The position numbers and the translations under genes are program-made. Positions 10,057 through 20,765 of a DNA stretch of 64,000 bases are shown here, piece by piece. The stretch is taken from positions 1,984,001-2,048,000 of the forward strand of contig OZ244188.1 of assembly GCA_965216635.1 (NCBI GenBank). Direction: 5' to 3'. The notes beneath the pieces are model-generated. The model was not told where the DNA came from and ran no database searches. It saw nothing but the letters and a program-made list of their open reading frames with translations. The stretch's first letter is position 1. Every line of letters starts with the position of its first letter. The stretch is from a bacterium (lineage in GTDB: Bacteria > SAR324 > XYD2-FULL-50-16 > G965216635).

Positions 10057-10575
10057 ATGGGAAAAATAGGTATTTTTTATGGTTCTACTACTGGAAATAC
10101 AGAAATGGTAGCACAAGAAATTCAAAAATTACTAGGAGAAGAATTGGTAGACCTGCACGATGTAGAATCTGCAGATAAGATGAGTTTAAACGATTATGAC
10201 TTGTTATTATTTGGTATCCCTACTTGGGATATAGGAGAATTGCAAGAAGATTGGGAAGATTGGCTAAAAAATTTAGATGATCCTGAAGTAAAACTAGAAG
10301 GAAAAAAAGCTGCTATTTTTGGTGTGGGTGATCAAGAGGGCTATCCTGATACTTTTGGAGATGCTCTGAAAGCTATTTTTGATAAATTAAAAAACAGAAA
10401 AGCTATCGTTGTTTGTGATAAGTGGTCTAAAGATAGCTATAACTTTGAATCTTCTTTGGGAGTAAAAGATGGTTATCTATTAGGTATGATGGTGGATGAA
10501 GATAGTCAATCCGAACTCACAGAAGAAAGAATAATCACTTATGTGGGTATGTTAAAAAAAAATTTCAACCTTTAA
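10057..10575 (+). CDS. fldA: long-chain flavodoxin
   Basis: IGIFYGSTTGNTE, GIPTWDIGELQEDW, FGVGDQEGY. Confidence 0.95.
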   Translation: MGKIGIFYGSTTGNTEMVAQEIQKLLGEELVDLHDVESADKMSLNDYDLLLFGIPTWDIGELQEDWEDWLKNLDDPEVKLEGKKAAIFGVGDQEGYPDTFGDALKAIFDKLKNRKAIVVCDKWSKDSYNFESSLGVKDGYLLGMMVDEDSQSELTEERIITYVGMLKKNFNL

Positions 10576-10920
10576 TAGACTTTTGAATTTGCTTATCTAG
10601 TTTAGTCAAAACAGCTTATTGCTTGAAACTATTTATGGGCTATAGAAAAAGTGCCACTGGCTCTTTTGCAGTTTATTTGTGTTGGCGCTAAATTTTGCTA
10701 GACACCATTGAAAAATTTTTTTATCCCTTAAAATACTCTTATTGCTGAATGCAAAATAAGGGTTATAGCAAAAGCTTCACCAGAGTTTTTGTATTTCATT
10801 TGTGTTAGTCGGGAAGTTTTGTGGTATTTCTCTTCTACGATATTTTAGCGACTCCAAAAATTTTTTCGCACCTGTTCTAACCATTTGGCTAGCTCTCCTA
10901 AAATGCCTAATTCAAAGTTA
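10576..10920. mobile_element. MITE-like element, longest form
   Basis: tagacttttgaattt left TIR, cctaattcaaagtta right end; shares modules with 8447 and 60004 copies in reverse orientation. Confidence 0.8.
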
Positions 10921-10934
10921 TCTTCCTTTATTTA

Positions 10935-12353
10935 ATGCCACAAAAAATTCATTTTCTTTCTATTTGCGGTGTTGCTATGGCTACACTGGCAGTAATGATG
11001 AAAAAAAAAGGCTACTTGGTTAGTGGTTCGGACGCTGCTGGTTATCCACCTATGCTAGAGTATCTTCAAGAAAATAAAATTCCTATAAAATCTCCTTACA
11101 AAGAAGAAAATCTTTTCTTTAATCCAGACTGGGTAGTTATTGGTAATGCTCTTAGCCGAGGCAATAAAGAAGTAGAATATATTATGGAAAAAAGAATTCC
11201 TTTTTTTTCCATGTCAGAAGTGATTAAAAAAAAATTTCTCAAAAACAACTACCCTATAGTAATTACTGGCACTCACGGAAAAACAACTACAGCTAGCTTA
11301 CTCGCTTATTTGTTAGATAAATTAACAGATAATACTGGTTTTTTTATTGGAGGTGCTTCTAATAATTTTTCAGAGTATGGAAGATCTTGTAAGCAAGATG
11401 GAGGCTATTTTGTGATTGAAGGAGACGAATATGATACTGCTTTTTTTGATAAAAAAAGTAAATTTTTTCACTATGCTCCGCAGTACTTGATTGTTAACAA
11501 CATTGAGCTAGACCACGTAGATATTTTCAGAGATATACAAGAAATTTTACAAGCCTTTCTTTATCTAACAAAATTGGTTCCTCCCAACGGTTGGATTTTA
11601 GCCAATATAGATGATAAAAATGTAGCTGAAGTAATTAAACCACTACATACCAAACTCATTACTTTCGGGTTTTCTAAAAAAGCAAATTACCAAATTGTGA
11701 AAGTAAAAAGTTTGTTTGCAAAAACTGGCGTTACAAATTTTTCTCTACGGAATGAAAAAAGATCTTGGAATTTTAGTATTCCTCTAATAGGAGAAATGAA
11801 TGTCTATAACGCGGCAGCTGCCATCATTAGTTGTTTAGAATTAGGTTTTTCTGCTGAGGTTATTCAAGAAAAAATTCTATCTTTTAAGAATGCGAAAAGA
11901 AGACTGGAACTGAAAACTAACCAGTCTCAAGTGCTTGTTTTTGATGATTTTGCCCATCACCCCACTGCGATAAAAAAAACCCTGCAAGCTGTCCGAGAAA
12001 CCTACCCAAAAGCTAGAATTTTTGCAATTTATGAACCTCGTAGTAATACCTCCATTAGCAATACCCACCAAAACTCTATATCAGCATCCTTTAAAGATGC
12101 TGATTGTATCTATTTTTTTGAAAATTCTGCTTTAAAAAAATCAGCCCCGAAAGAAAAAATCAATTTATTCTCCATTGCCGAGGAGCTTAAACAAAAACAC
12201 AAACAAACTGCTATTTTTCAAAAAATTCTACAAATAGAAAAACAAATTATTTCAAATTGGAAACAGGGTGATATTTTTTTATTTTTAAGCCAGAGCAGTC
12301 TAGAAAATTTACCTGCTAGGTTAGCAAAATCAGCCAATGAAAAATACCAATGA
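10935..12353 (+). CDS. mpl: UDP-MurNAc:L-Ala-gamma-D-Glu-mDAP ligase (murein peptide ligase)
   Basis: ICGVAM, GNALSRGN, TGTHGKTTT, EGDEYDTAFFDK, DDFAHHPTAI, EPRSNT. Confidence 0.92.
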   Translation: MPQKIHFLSICGVAMATLAVMMKKKGYLVSGSDAAGYPPMLEYLQENKIPIKSPYKEENLFFNPDWVVIGNALSRGNKEVEYIMEKRIPFFSMSEVIKKKFLKNNYPIVITGTHGKTTTASLLAYLLDKLTDNTGFFIGGASNNFSEYGRSCKQDGGYFVIEGDEYDTAFFDKKSKFFHYAPQYLIVNNIELDHVDIFRDIQEILQAFLYLTKLVPPNGWILANIDDKNVAEVIKPLHTKLITFGFSKKANYQIVKVKSLFAKTGVTNFSLRNEKRSWNFSIPLIGEMNVYNAAAAIISCLELGFSAEVIQEKILSFKNAKRRLELKTNQSQVLVFDDFAHHPTAIKKTLQAVRETYPKARIFAIYEPRSNTSISNTHQNSISASFKDADCIYFFENSALKKSAPKEKINLFSIAEELKQKHKQTAIFQKILQIEKQIISNWKQGDIFLFLSQSSLENLPARLAKSANEKYQ

Positions 12354-12450
12354 AAAATACCAGTAAAAAATACCAATGAAAAATACCAATGAAAAATACC
12401 AGTGAAAAATACCAGTGAAAAATACCAGTGAAAAATACCAGTGAAAAATA
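12334..12450. repeat. 13-bp tandem repeat x9 at the mpl 3' end
   Basis: cca(a/g)t(g/a)aaaaata x9, overlapping the mpl stop codon. Confidence 0.95.
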
Positions 12451-12457
12451 AGAGCTA

Positions 12458-13666
12458 ATGAAACACAGAAAAATATTAAAGCAAATAAAAGAAAAATACT
12501 CCGACTATACTATTCAAAGGTATGCAAGACAGTGCTATGACTATACAGAAGCAAAACTAGATGATTTATTTTCAGACTGTTTCAAACAAGAACTAGCCGA
12601 TTCTGGATACCAAAAAGATAGCAATAGAATTCTGCAACAATTTAAAAACAACCCCGTTCTACAAACATCTCAGCACTTAACTCCTACAAATGGACCTACA
12701 TTTACTGCTATTGACCTGATTTCTTTAATAGGATTAGAAGAAAAATACTACCTCGTAGGTGTATTTAGCGGAGTGCCTTTTTCCAATAGAGCTTGGTCCG
12801 GCTGTTTAAGTTATGGAGATATTGCTTTAGAAAAAGTGATTCAAAAAACCAGCCCCTACTATCCCCAACTAATAAAGGAAAATAAAGACAGAAACCGAGA
12901 TTTAGTTTCCGAGAATAAAATTCGTTTGATTTTTTCTAACTTCCGTGACGATTTAGTCTTTGGTAGCTCTTTTGAGAAATACAGATTAGAACTTTGGGGC
13001 GCAATGCAAGAAAAAATGCTGCATTACTTCCCTAAACCTAAAGACAACTCTGCTTTTAGTAATTGGAATATGAAATGTTGCTCCAATCTCCAAGTAGAGC
13101 TATTTGGAGGGAAAAAAATAATTTATTTTGATATTTGTCGGCTTATAAAAAACTACATTACAAAAGCTATCAAACAAAAAACACCTCTTTTAAAGAAATT
13201 TTTTTTATCTTTTAAAACCATAGAAAAAAATCTCAATCCCATTTGGTTTTATTCTAGAAAAGAAAAAAAAAAATCTTGGAAAATCCAACCTCTTTTCGTC
13301 CAAGATCTCCCCTTTTTTACTAAAAAAAATGAGGTTTGTTGGACAAGTATGCTAGCTTTTCTACAGGAAAAAAATTATTGTCCTGCTACTTTTATTACTT
13401 TTTTTATTTTAGTTTTTTGTTGTGGTATTCGTTGTTTAGGCTCTTTTTATCAAGTGGAATATCTAGCCTATTACGAAAAGTGCTTGGAAAATATTTTTGA
13501 GAAAGATGAAATCACTATTCCTGATAGAAGTAAAACCTTTACTTCAGGGAGACTAAAAGAAAAAGGAATATTGGTCTATCCTCTTGATTATATTTTAGAA
13601 CAAAAAAACTTGAATCTTAAAAACTACCAAGAAAAAAAAATGTCTTTTTTATGGGAAGAACTTTGA
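12458..13666 (+). CDS. hypothetical protein
   Basis: 402-aa ORF co-oriented with mpl; no motif recognised. Confidence 0.75.
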   Translation: MKHRKILKQIKEKYSDYTIQRYARQCYDYTEAKLDDLFSDCFKQELADSGYQKDSNRILQQFKNNPVLQTSQHLTPTNGPTFTAIDLISLIGLEEKYYLVGVFSGVPFSNRAWSGCLSYGDIALEKVIQKTSPYYPQLIKENKDRNRDLVSENKIRLIFSNFRDDLVFGSSFEKYRLELWGAMQEKMLHYFPKPKDNSAFSNWNMKCCSNLQVELFGGKKIIYFDICRLIKNYITKAIKQKTPLLKKFFLSFKTIEKNLNPIWFYSRKEKKKSWKIQPLFVQDLPFFTKKNEVCWTSMLAFLQEKNYCPATFITFFILVFCCGIRCLGSFYQVEYLAYYEKCLENIFEKDEITIPDRSKTFTSGRLKEKGILVYPLDYILEQKNLNLKNYQEKKMSFLWEEL

Positions 13667-13741
13667 TACCATTACGACCTTTGAACTTTAGCATTATAAT
13701 GCTAAAGTTCAAAGATCTCATAATGTCTAATTCAACAGTCT

Positions 13742-14524
13742 CTAGTTTTTATACCTTAAAAGCCTCATTCTGTTTCTGCGAGGGTGTTTTCCTACTGTCT
13801 CCACATTTTTTTTTACTTTTTCAACTTCAGAAACAACCGCAGCAGTGTTATGACTAGCCACACTAGTAATTTCTTTAGAACTAGAAGGCATCCGAGAAGA
13901 AGTCCAGCTCAATTTAAACACAACTACAGCCGCTACAAAACTACCCGCTATATTAGCTAGTATAAAAACCCAAACTATCTTCCAAGCGTAGATTCCCATA
14001 ATAGCAGAACCAAAAACCACAGCAGGATTAAAAGCACCTCCAGAAATACTTCCTACAGTCACTCCACCTGTAGCCACCACCAAACCTACTGCAATAGCTG
14101 TTAATAAAGCACTCAAGGGGTGTTTAACCAAAGAAGTAACTAGTGCTGCAAAAACTAATGCAAAAGTATAGATGAATTCTACAATTAAAACATGCCCGAT
14201 AGAAATAGACAAAGAGGTAGTAGACGGATAGTCTTTCAAAAATAAAACTATAACCGAAGCAATACCTGCTCCTACCAATTGGAAAATCCAATAATAAACC
14301 GCTTTTTCTAATTTCAGGTCGCCCTTAAATAAGCAAGCCAAAGTAACCGCTGGATTATAATGTCCTCCAGAAATACGTCCTCCTATAGCAATCATCAGCA
14401 AAAGAGTTAGTCCAGCAACAAAAGGAGCAATAGTTCCAGCACTAGGCGTTAAAGTAACCATACCCACAGCAAAAACTAAAAAGAATGCTCCAATAAATTC
14501 CATTAAATAACTTTTTGTATCCAT
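13742..14524 (-). CDS. aquaporin/MIP channel
   Basis: ISGGHYNPAVT and ISGGAFNPAV (two NPA motifs); six TM segments. Confidence 0.95.
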   Translation of the reverse strand: MDTKSYLMEFIGAFFLVFAVGMVTLTPSAGTIAPFVAGLTLLLMIAIGGRISGGHYNPAVTLACLFKGDLKLEKAVYYWIFQLVGAGIASVIVLFLKDYPSTTSLSISIGHVLIVEFIYTFALVFAALVTSLVKHPLSALLTAIAVGLVVATGGVTVGSISGGAFNPAVVFGSAIMGIYAWKIVWVFILANIAGSFVAAVVVFKLSWTSSRMPSSSKEITSVASHNTAAVVSEVEKVKKNVETVGKHPRRNRMRLLRYKN

Positions 14525-14545
14525 AATATTTTTAAAGTTTATGTT

Positions 14546-14702
14546 ATAGACTTTTGAATTTGCGTTTTGTTTAGCCTATCCATTGTTAAAAAAAAATTTC
14601 AACTCTTGCCATTTGTGAAGAAATGCTCTCCAGTATTCCAGCGAGCTAAAATTTTTCTTCACCTTGCCTAGCCGTCACATAACGCGAAATTCAAAGGTCT
14701 AT
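14546..14702. mobile_element. MITE-like element
   Basis: atagacttttgaattt ... aaattcaaaggtctat TIRs. Confidence 0.88.
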
Positions 14703-14799
14703 GTTATTTTATTTCTTTACAAAGAAACAAAATAAAAAAATAGCTAAATTTTCAAAAAAAATCAAGAATAAAAATAGATTTTTATTACTAAATTAAAAA

Positions 14800-15813
14800 A
14801 TGGATAAAAAAATAGCAATAAGCATGGGAGATGCCAATGGTATTTCTGCTGAAATCATAGCAAAAAGTCTAGGAAAAAAAGAAATTTTACCCTTTATTCC
14901 TGTGGTTTTTGGAGATATATCGGTTTTTCAAAAATGGGAAAAAATTTTTAAAAAACAAAAGAATTACAAAAAGCCTTACTTTGAGTATTTTTTCGAAAAA
15001 ATAGCAAAAAAAAAAATTCATTTTGAAGAAATCGGCAAAAACACAGCATTTCAACCAGCCGTGGCTACAAAAGAGAGCGGAATGCTCTCTTTTGCTTGCC
15101 TTAAAGAGGCTATAAAAGCAACCCTCACTGGAAAAATTGCAGCATTAGTTACCGCACCCATTCATAAAAATTCTTTTGCATTAGCCAAAATTCCCTACAA
15201 AGACCACACTTCAGTGCTGGTAAAACTTACAAAAACAAAAAACTATGCAATGGCTTTTTGCTCAGATGCCTATTGGTTGCTTTTAGTAACGGATCATATT
15301 CCTTTAAGCTGTGTGGCTGGTAGCCTCAATAGTGAGATGATTTTAGAAAAAATTACTCTAGCTTGGAAATTGCTACTTTCTTTAAATAAAAAAAATCCTA
15401 AAATCGGTATATGCGGAATCAATCCGCATGCAGGAGAAGGTGGAATGCTAGGAAAAGAAGAACAAGAGATAGTTCTGCCTGCAATAGAAATGGCTAGAAA
15501 ACAAAAAATCAATATCAGCGATCCCTTACCAGCAGATACAATTTTTTATAGAGCCCAAAAAAATAAAACAAGCCAAAATGAATTTGATCTACTGATTACA
15601 ATGTACCACGATCAAGGATTAGCTCCTTTTAAGACTTGTTTTTTTGAAAATTCCGCTCAAGTAACTTTAGGGATTCCCATAATTAGAACAAGTGTCTCTC
15701 ACGGCACTGCTTATGAAATCGTAGGTAAAAACATTGCTTCTGAAAAAAGCCTAAATTATGCTATAAACACTGCCTATTCTTTAATGAAAAGTCAGAAAAA
15801 CAAAAATAACTAA
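14800..15813 (+). CDS. pdxA: 4-hydroxythreonine-4-phosphate dehydrogenase
   Basis: MGDANGISAE, VTAPIHK, NPHAGEGG, MYHDQGL, RTSVSHGTA. Confidence 0.93.
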   Translation: MDKKIAISMGDANGISAEIIAKSLGKKEILPFIPVVFGDISVFQKWEKIFKKQKNYKKPYFEYFFEKIAKKKIHFEEIGKNTAFQPAVATKESGMLSFACLKEAIKATLTGKIAALVTAPIHKNSFALAKIPYKDHTSVLVKLTKTKNYAMAFCSDAYWLLLVTDHIPLSCVAGSLNSEMILEKITLAWKLLLSLNKKNPKIGICGINPHAGEGGMLGKEEQEIVLPAIEMARKQKINISDPLPADTIFYRAQKNKTSQNEFDLLITMYHDQGLAPFKTCFFENSAQVTLGIPIIRTSVSHGTAYEIVGKNIASEKSLNYAINTAYSLMKSQKNKNN

Positions 15814-16009
15814 TAATTATTTCTCGTGACTCGTTTTCCAACAAATATACACTGCATAACCTAATACTCCCACCCCCAACAGTATAAGAACAAATAATAT
15901 TAAATTTTTCATAATTCGTTAAGTAGTTTATAAATAGATTTGATAATTAAAATAGAATACAATAATTTAGATATAATCACAGAGAAAAAAAAACATCTTT
16001 AGTAAAAAT

Positions 16010-16837
16010 ATGAGTGTCTTCAACAAAATTACTCTTAATCAAATCACCCCGAATGAAATTATTGGGGGCGATACTTTTGAGTTATTGCCTAGCGTAGAAA
16101 ATAATTCTGTAGATTTGATTATTTGCGACGGTCCTTTTGGAGTCACAGATCAAAAATGGGATAAAATCAGCGATATACAGCAGTTTAATTTGAAACTTAT
16201 TGCTATCTTTTCTCAAAAATTAAAAACAGGTGGTAGTCTCTATCTCTTTGGTAAACCGGATTGTATTGATTTTATTGATTACCGCTCTTATCTCAATCTA
16301 CAAGCAAAAATTATCTGGTATCAACCGAGTCGCTTGGCACAGGGTAGGATAAATTGGACAAACAACTACGATATTATTTGCTATTTTACAAAAGGAAAAA
16401 AAACAACTACTTTTAATTTGGATGCAGTGAGAGTGCCACAACTTGTAGAGCTAGCACACAGACAAAGATGCGAAAAGGTGCCTTCTGTGCTAAATGGTAA
16501 GTATGGAAAAACAAAGTTTCATAAAGATGGAAAAAATCCGGGCGATGTATGGGGAGATCTAAAACAACTAACCTATAAATCCAAAGAATTGGTTAGTAGA
16601 GACGCTCTAAATACTATCCAAAAACCACTAAAATTGATAGAGAGGTTGTTATTAGCTAGCTCTAACGAGGGAGATATTGTTTTGGATCCTTTTTGCGGCG
16701 TAGGCACTGTGCCTCTAGCCTGCAAAATACATAAAAGAGAATTTTATGCTTTTGAAATCAACAAAGATTTTGTTAAAGTGGCTAAAGAAAGAATAGCCGA
16801 TTGGAAAAATAAACCCACAGAAAAACTAAATGAATGA
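16010..16837 (+). CDS. orphan beta-class DNA amino-methyltransferase (N4/N6)
   Basis: Motif IV-like DLIICDGPF near the N-terminus, NPGDVW, QKP, motif I DPFCGVGT near the C-terminus; no adjacent REase. Confidence 0.85.
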   Translation: MSVFNKITLNQITPNEIIGGDTFELLPSVENNSVDLIICDGPFGVTDQKWDKISDIQQFNLKLIAIFSQKLKTGGSLYLFGKPDCIDFIDYRSYLNLQAKIIWYQPSRLAQGRINWTNNYDIICYFTKGKKTTTFNLDAVRVPQLVELAHRQRCEKVPSVLNGKYGKTKFHKDGKNPGDVWGDLKQLTYKSKELVSRDALNTIQKPLKLIERLLLASSNEGDIVLDPFCGVGTVPLACKIHKREFYAFEINKDFVKVAKERIADWKNKPTEKLNE

Positions 16838-17327
16838 AAAAATAAAACCTATACCAGAAGGTTTTACTACCATCACGCCTCATTTGCTTGTCAAGGACGC
16901 AGAGGAGGCTTTTGCTTTTTATAAAAAAGCTTTTGGGGCGAAAGAATTAAGCCGACAAACTCATCCGAGCGAGAATTGGCTTTTGCATTTGGACCTTAAA
17001 ATAGGCAATGCTATTTTAATGCTTAGCGGGACTCCAAAAGGAATGGATTCTTTCGGAAACTGGCTAACACCAGATAAAGCCGAAGGCACAACAGTTGTAT
17101 TGCATCTTTATGTGGAAGATGTGGATAAAACTTACAATCAAGCTATAGAAGCTGGTTGTGAAGTGAAAATGAAAATTATGAATACTTTTTGGGGCGATAG
17201 ATACGCCCAAGTTTTGGATCCTTTTGGCTATCTTTGGAGTATGGCTAGTAAAATAGAAACGCTTACTCCCGAAGAAATAAATGAAGGAAGCAAGCAATAC
17301 TTCGCAAAACTACCTAAAAAATTATGA
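16830..17327 (+). CDS. VOC/glyoxalase (PhnB-like) protein
   Basis: PIPEGFTTITPHL, FYKKAFGA, FWGDRYAQVLDPFGYLW. Confidence 0.9.
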   Translation: MNEKIKPIPEGFTTITPHLLVKDAEEAFAFYKKAFGAKELSRQTHPSENWLLHLDLKIGNAILMLSGTPKGMDSFGNWLTPDKAEGTTVVLHLYVEDVDKTYNQAIEAGCEVKMKIMNTFWGDRYAQVLDPFGYLWSMASKIETLTPEEINEGSKQYFAKLPKKL

Positions 17328-18181
17328 CAGAACAAACCAAAGGATTGCTGATAACTCTTGCAGGGGTATTTATACTCACCCCTGATAGTTTTGTGATCCG
17401 TTTAGTGCAACTAGATTCTTGGACTCTTACTTTTTGGAGAGGGATTTTTATTTCTTTTTGGGTAGGCTTGACCTTGCTTGTATTTTTTAGAAAATCTACT
17501 TTGCAGCAATTTCGTGAAATAAAAAAACTAGATATGCTGCTTTCGGTTTTGTTTGCTATTGGAACTTTTGGTTTTGTTTTCGCCATTAAAAATACAGGCA
17601 TTGCCAAAGTGCTTATTATTTTAAGCACCTCTCCCGTATTTACCGCTCTTTTCGGTTATATTTTTTTAAAGGAAAAAATTTCTCTTCGCACTGCAATGGC
17701 TATGCTAGCCATAGTAGGAGCTTTTTTTCTAATGTTTTCGGATAGTTTTCAAGCAAATAGTTGGTGGGGTGATATTGCAGCCTTGCTTTGCGGAATCAAT
17801 CTAGCTGTAATGTTCACTATTGCCAGACATAAGAAGAAAAATATGCTAGCTCCCTTGTTTCTTTCTGGTTTTTTTGTAGTGTTTTTCACTTTTCCTTTTG
17901 CAGAATTGGAAAAAACAACCACCCAAGATCTTTTTCTTTGCGCTCTATTAGGGTTTATTTTAGGGATTTCTTTTGTGCTTTTAACCTTAGGACCTAAATA
18001 TATTAAAGCAGCTGAAGTGAACTTGCTTATGCTACTAGAAACAGTGCTTGGTTCTTTTTTAGCTTGGATTATTTTAAAAGAAATACCTGGTAATAAAGTG
18101 ATTATAGGTGGGGTTGTTATTTTACTCGCTCTCATAGTGTCTTTTAGTCCCATAAAAAAACGAAGGTCTTCAAAAGTATAA
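17324..18181 (+). CDS. DMT/EamA family transporter
   Basis: About 10 TM segments in two EamA repeats; SPVFTALFGYIFLKE. Confidence 0.9.
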   Translation: MTEQTKGLLITLAGVFILTPDSFVIRLVQLDSWTLTFWRGIFISFWVGLTLLVFFRKSTLQQFREIKKLDMLLSVLFAIGTFGFVFAIKNTGIAKVLIILSTSPVFTALFGYIFLKEKISLRTAMAMLAIVGAFFLMFSDSFQANSWWGDIAALLCGINLAVMFTIARHKKKNMLAPLFLSGFFVVFFTFPFAELEKTTTQDLFLCALLGFILGISFVLLTLGPKYIKAAEVNLLMLLETVLGSFLAWIILKEIPGNKVIIGGVVILLALIVSFSPIKKRRSSKV

Positions 18182-18297
18182 AATTCATAGCTAACGGTTT
18201 GTTTTGACTGCTAAATCAAAATAAAAGTTATATTTTTAAGTAAAATAACTAAAAATAACCTATTTTCTAATCCTATTATCAGTACCTCACAAACCTT

Positions 18298-18627
18298 ATG
18301 ATTGCCTATTTCTATCTTTTTGCAGCTATAATTTTAGAAGTTATTGCCACTACAGCTTTAAAATTTTCGGAGCAGTTCACCAAACCTATTCCTGTTGTCG
18401 TGATGGTGGTGTTTTATCTGACTTCTTTTTATTTCTTTACTCTTGTGCTGAAATATCTGCCACTAGGTGTGGCGGAGGCTCTTTGGTCTGGGCTTGGGCT
18501 TATTTTGATTGTGATTATAGGTGCTGTGCAGTTTAAAGAAATTCCAGATTTAGCTGCTATTCTTGGAATACTGCTTATTATTGTTGGGATTGCTGTGATT
18601 CATTTTTTCTCTAAAACTATTCATTAA
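18298..18627 (+). CDS. SMR family small multidrug efflux transporter
   Basis: AIILEVIATTALK (conserved Glu), WSGLG; four TM segments. Confidence 0.92.
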   Translation: MIAYFYLFAAIILEVIATTALKFSEQFTKPIPVVVMVVFYLTSFYFFTLVLKYLPLGVAEALWSGLGLILIVIIGAVQFKEIPDLAAILGILLIIVGIAVIHFFSKTIH

Positions 18628-18677
18628 TAGCCCCAATGCAAAAAACAAATGCGTTGCGGGGAGGTATTTTTTATTTT

Positions 18678-19054
18678 ATGTAGGTCTGTAGAGACGTCCT
18701 ATATGGGCGTCTCATAAATTTAGAACGTTTATTAAAATATGTAGGTCTGTAGAGACGTCCTATATGGGCGTCTCTTAACGTTTATTAAAAACAGCTTTTT
18801 GTGGTTTATGCACATCGTATAAGACGCCCTATATGGGCGTCTCATAAATTTAGAACGTTTATTAAAATATGTAGGTCTGTAGAGACGTCCTATATGGGCG
18901 TCTCTTAACGTTTATTAAAAACAGCTTTTTGTGGTTTATGCACATCATATAAGACGCCCTGTAGGGCGTCTCATAAATTTAGAACGTTTATTAAAAACAG
19001 CTTTTTGTGGTTTATGCACATCATATAAGACGTCCTATATGGGCGTCTCTACAT
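18678..19054. repeat. GTAG-REP array 1 (6 hairpins, mixed units)
   Basis: gtagagacgtcctatatgggcgtctc hairpins in 61-bp and variant units, ending in an inverted cgtctctacat. Confidence 0.9.
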
Positions 19055-19094
19055 GTTATGCTATTATAAAAATGTTCCCTGTAGTTTTTTTTTC

Positions 19095-20438
19095 CTAAAA
19101 ACTCAAATGGAAGGAGATGCTGATGACGAGGGGTGCTTTGAGTTCGGCTTCGGTTTCGGTGGTTGTTTCTGTTGTTCCTTCTGTTGTTGTGGTTTCAGTG
19201 CCAGTCTCAATAGTTTCTCTGTAAGTAACAGTTCTGCTTCCAACTTGGGTTGCTTCTGTTCTCTTATCACTACTCGGTATGTAGCTTATGTTTATGGTTT
19301 TAGTGTTATCAGAACGGTCAGAAGTAATAAAGGTACCAAGCACTACGGATCCTCCTGTTATTGTCTGTTCATCGGTCAAGCGGTTTGTTGTAGTATTGGC
19401 AGGATTGAAAGTGGGATCGGAAGTATAGGGAGTAGTTGTCGGAGCTGTGCTACTTTTTAGAGAAACCCCCGAAATATACTTCGTCAAGCCAAAATTAAGC
19501 GATAGGTTAGAGGTTAATTTCTGCTTATAGCCGATTTGCACCACTGGACTTGTGGCAGAGCCACTGGCGGAGCCATTGGTAAGCGTCATACTCGCTAGAC
19601 CGCCTCCTACAAAAAAATCCTTGTTTAAAAAATAATCCGCCATAACTAGTGTATTGGCGAGCTCGTTATCTCCCCCCTTGCCAGTAAAGTGCGTCAAGGA
19701 GGCTCTCCATTTTTCCCCTCGCCAGCCGAATTGCAGACCAATACCTGAGATTTTATCGCTCTTGTTGGTTGTTGTTGTCAATCTATCTGTGTCTGTTGTT
19801 GATATTATTGAACCCTGCATATTCCCTGAGGGAACTGGATAATCATCAAAAGAAGCCTCGGTAGGGTTGAAAACAGTAGAAGTAAAGTGATCACGACATG
19901 CATTAAAAGTCCATTCCTCTATCCCATCATTGTCAGTTGCGCGGTTTCCTACCACAGCTCTTGTGCCTACATCAAAGAAATTTATTGTTGTTCTTGGAAA
20001 AGAATAGATTCCATTGGCATCAGCAGTTGCTGCTCCTGTTTCACAGTTTTTTGCTATAAGAGCTTCTATTCCAGCTTTTAGATCAGGACTAGCATCAAAG
20101 ACAGAAGCAGCTGTTGCGTCTATTCTAGTGGTGATAGCTGAATAGGTAACATTAGGATCATAGGATGTTCTGGTAGCATCAGCAATACTATTAATAGCAT
20201 TAGTGACTCTAGTGGTTTTAGTGCTGCTATCCACTTTAAAACCATTTAGATAGACAAAACCAGCGAAAAATCCCTGCTTGCTACTACCATTCGCTTGTGC
20301 TTGCAGATTGCTGCCTCCAAAAGTAAAGGCACTTCCTATAAGAAGAGCAGGAATAAGAATAGCCGCCAAAACGAAACGAGCCAGAGTAAAACGAACCGCA
20401 AAAGTTTTCCTTAAAACTTGGGAATTTGTGTTTTTCAT
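19095..20438 (-). CDS. predicted outer-membrane beta-barrel protein with variable inserts, paralog 1
   Basis: Signal peptide ending LQAQA, amphipathic strands, C-terminal ISISFHLSF (terminal Phe); paralogous to neighbours. Confidence 0.75.
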   Translation of the reverse strand: MKNTNSQVLRKTFAVRFTLARFVLAAILIPALLIGSAFTFGGSNLQAQANGSSKQGFFAGFVYLNGFKVDSSTKTTRVTNAINSIADATRTSYDPNVTYSAITTRIDATAASVFDASPDLKAGIEALIAKNCETGAATADANGIYSFPRTTINFFDVGTRAVVGNRATDNDGIEEWTFNACRDHFTSTVFNPTEASFDDYPVPSGNMQGSIISTTDTDRLTTTTNKSDKISGIGLQFGWRGEKWRASLTHFTGKGGDNELANTLVMADYFLNKDFFVGGGLASMTLTNGSASGSATSPVVQIGYKQKLTSNLSLNFGLTKYISGVSLKSSTAPTTTPYTSDPTFNPANTTTNRLTDEQTITGGSVVLGTFITSDRSDNTKTINISYIPSSDKRTEATQVGSRTVTYRETIETGTETTTTEGTTETTTETEAELKAPLVISISFHLSF

Positions 20439-20525
20439 AATTATTTGTAATTAAAAGTTAGTATTAAAATAAAAATTAACATAAAAAAACAATAATAGCA
20501 AACTATTGGTTGTTGGCAGTTTTTT

Positions 20526-20665
20526 ATAGACCTTTGAATTTGCGTTATGTGACGGCTAGGCAAGGCAAAAAAAAATTTTAGCTCGCAGGAATATATGTAA
20601 TATTTCAAGAGTTAAAATTTTTTTTTAACGCTGCATAGGCTAAACAGAACGCTAATTCAAAAGTT
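20526..20665. mobile_element. MITE-like element inserted upstream of OMP paralog 1
   Basis: atagacctttgaattt ... gctaattcaaaagtt; absent from the homologous upstream regions of paralogs 2 and 3. Confidence 0.9.
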
Positions 20666-20765
20666 TTTTATTTTTTCTGCTTATTTTTATAAAATAATTA
20701 CAGAAAAACACTTTAAAAGCAAATAAAAAAAAACAAATGCGTTGCGGGGAGGTGTTTTTTATTTT

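Noticed and set aside
10802..11023. Short ORFs starting in MITEs (10802, 37517, N-terminal extension at 35998)
   Set aside because: They originate in non-coding repeat sequence and show no transposase motifs
12334..12450. 13-bp repeats as iterons or operator array
   Set aside because: The unit derives from the mpl stop region and matches the window-wide gene-end stutter; no Rep gene is adjacent
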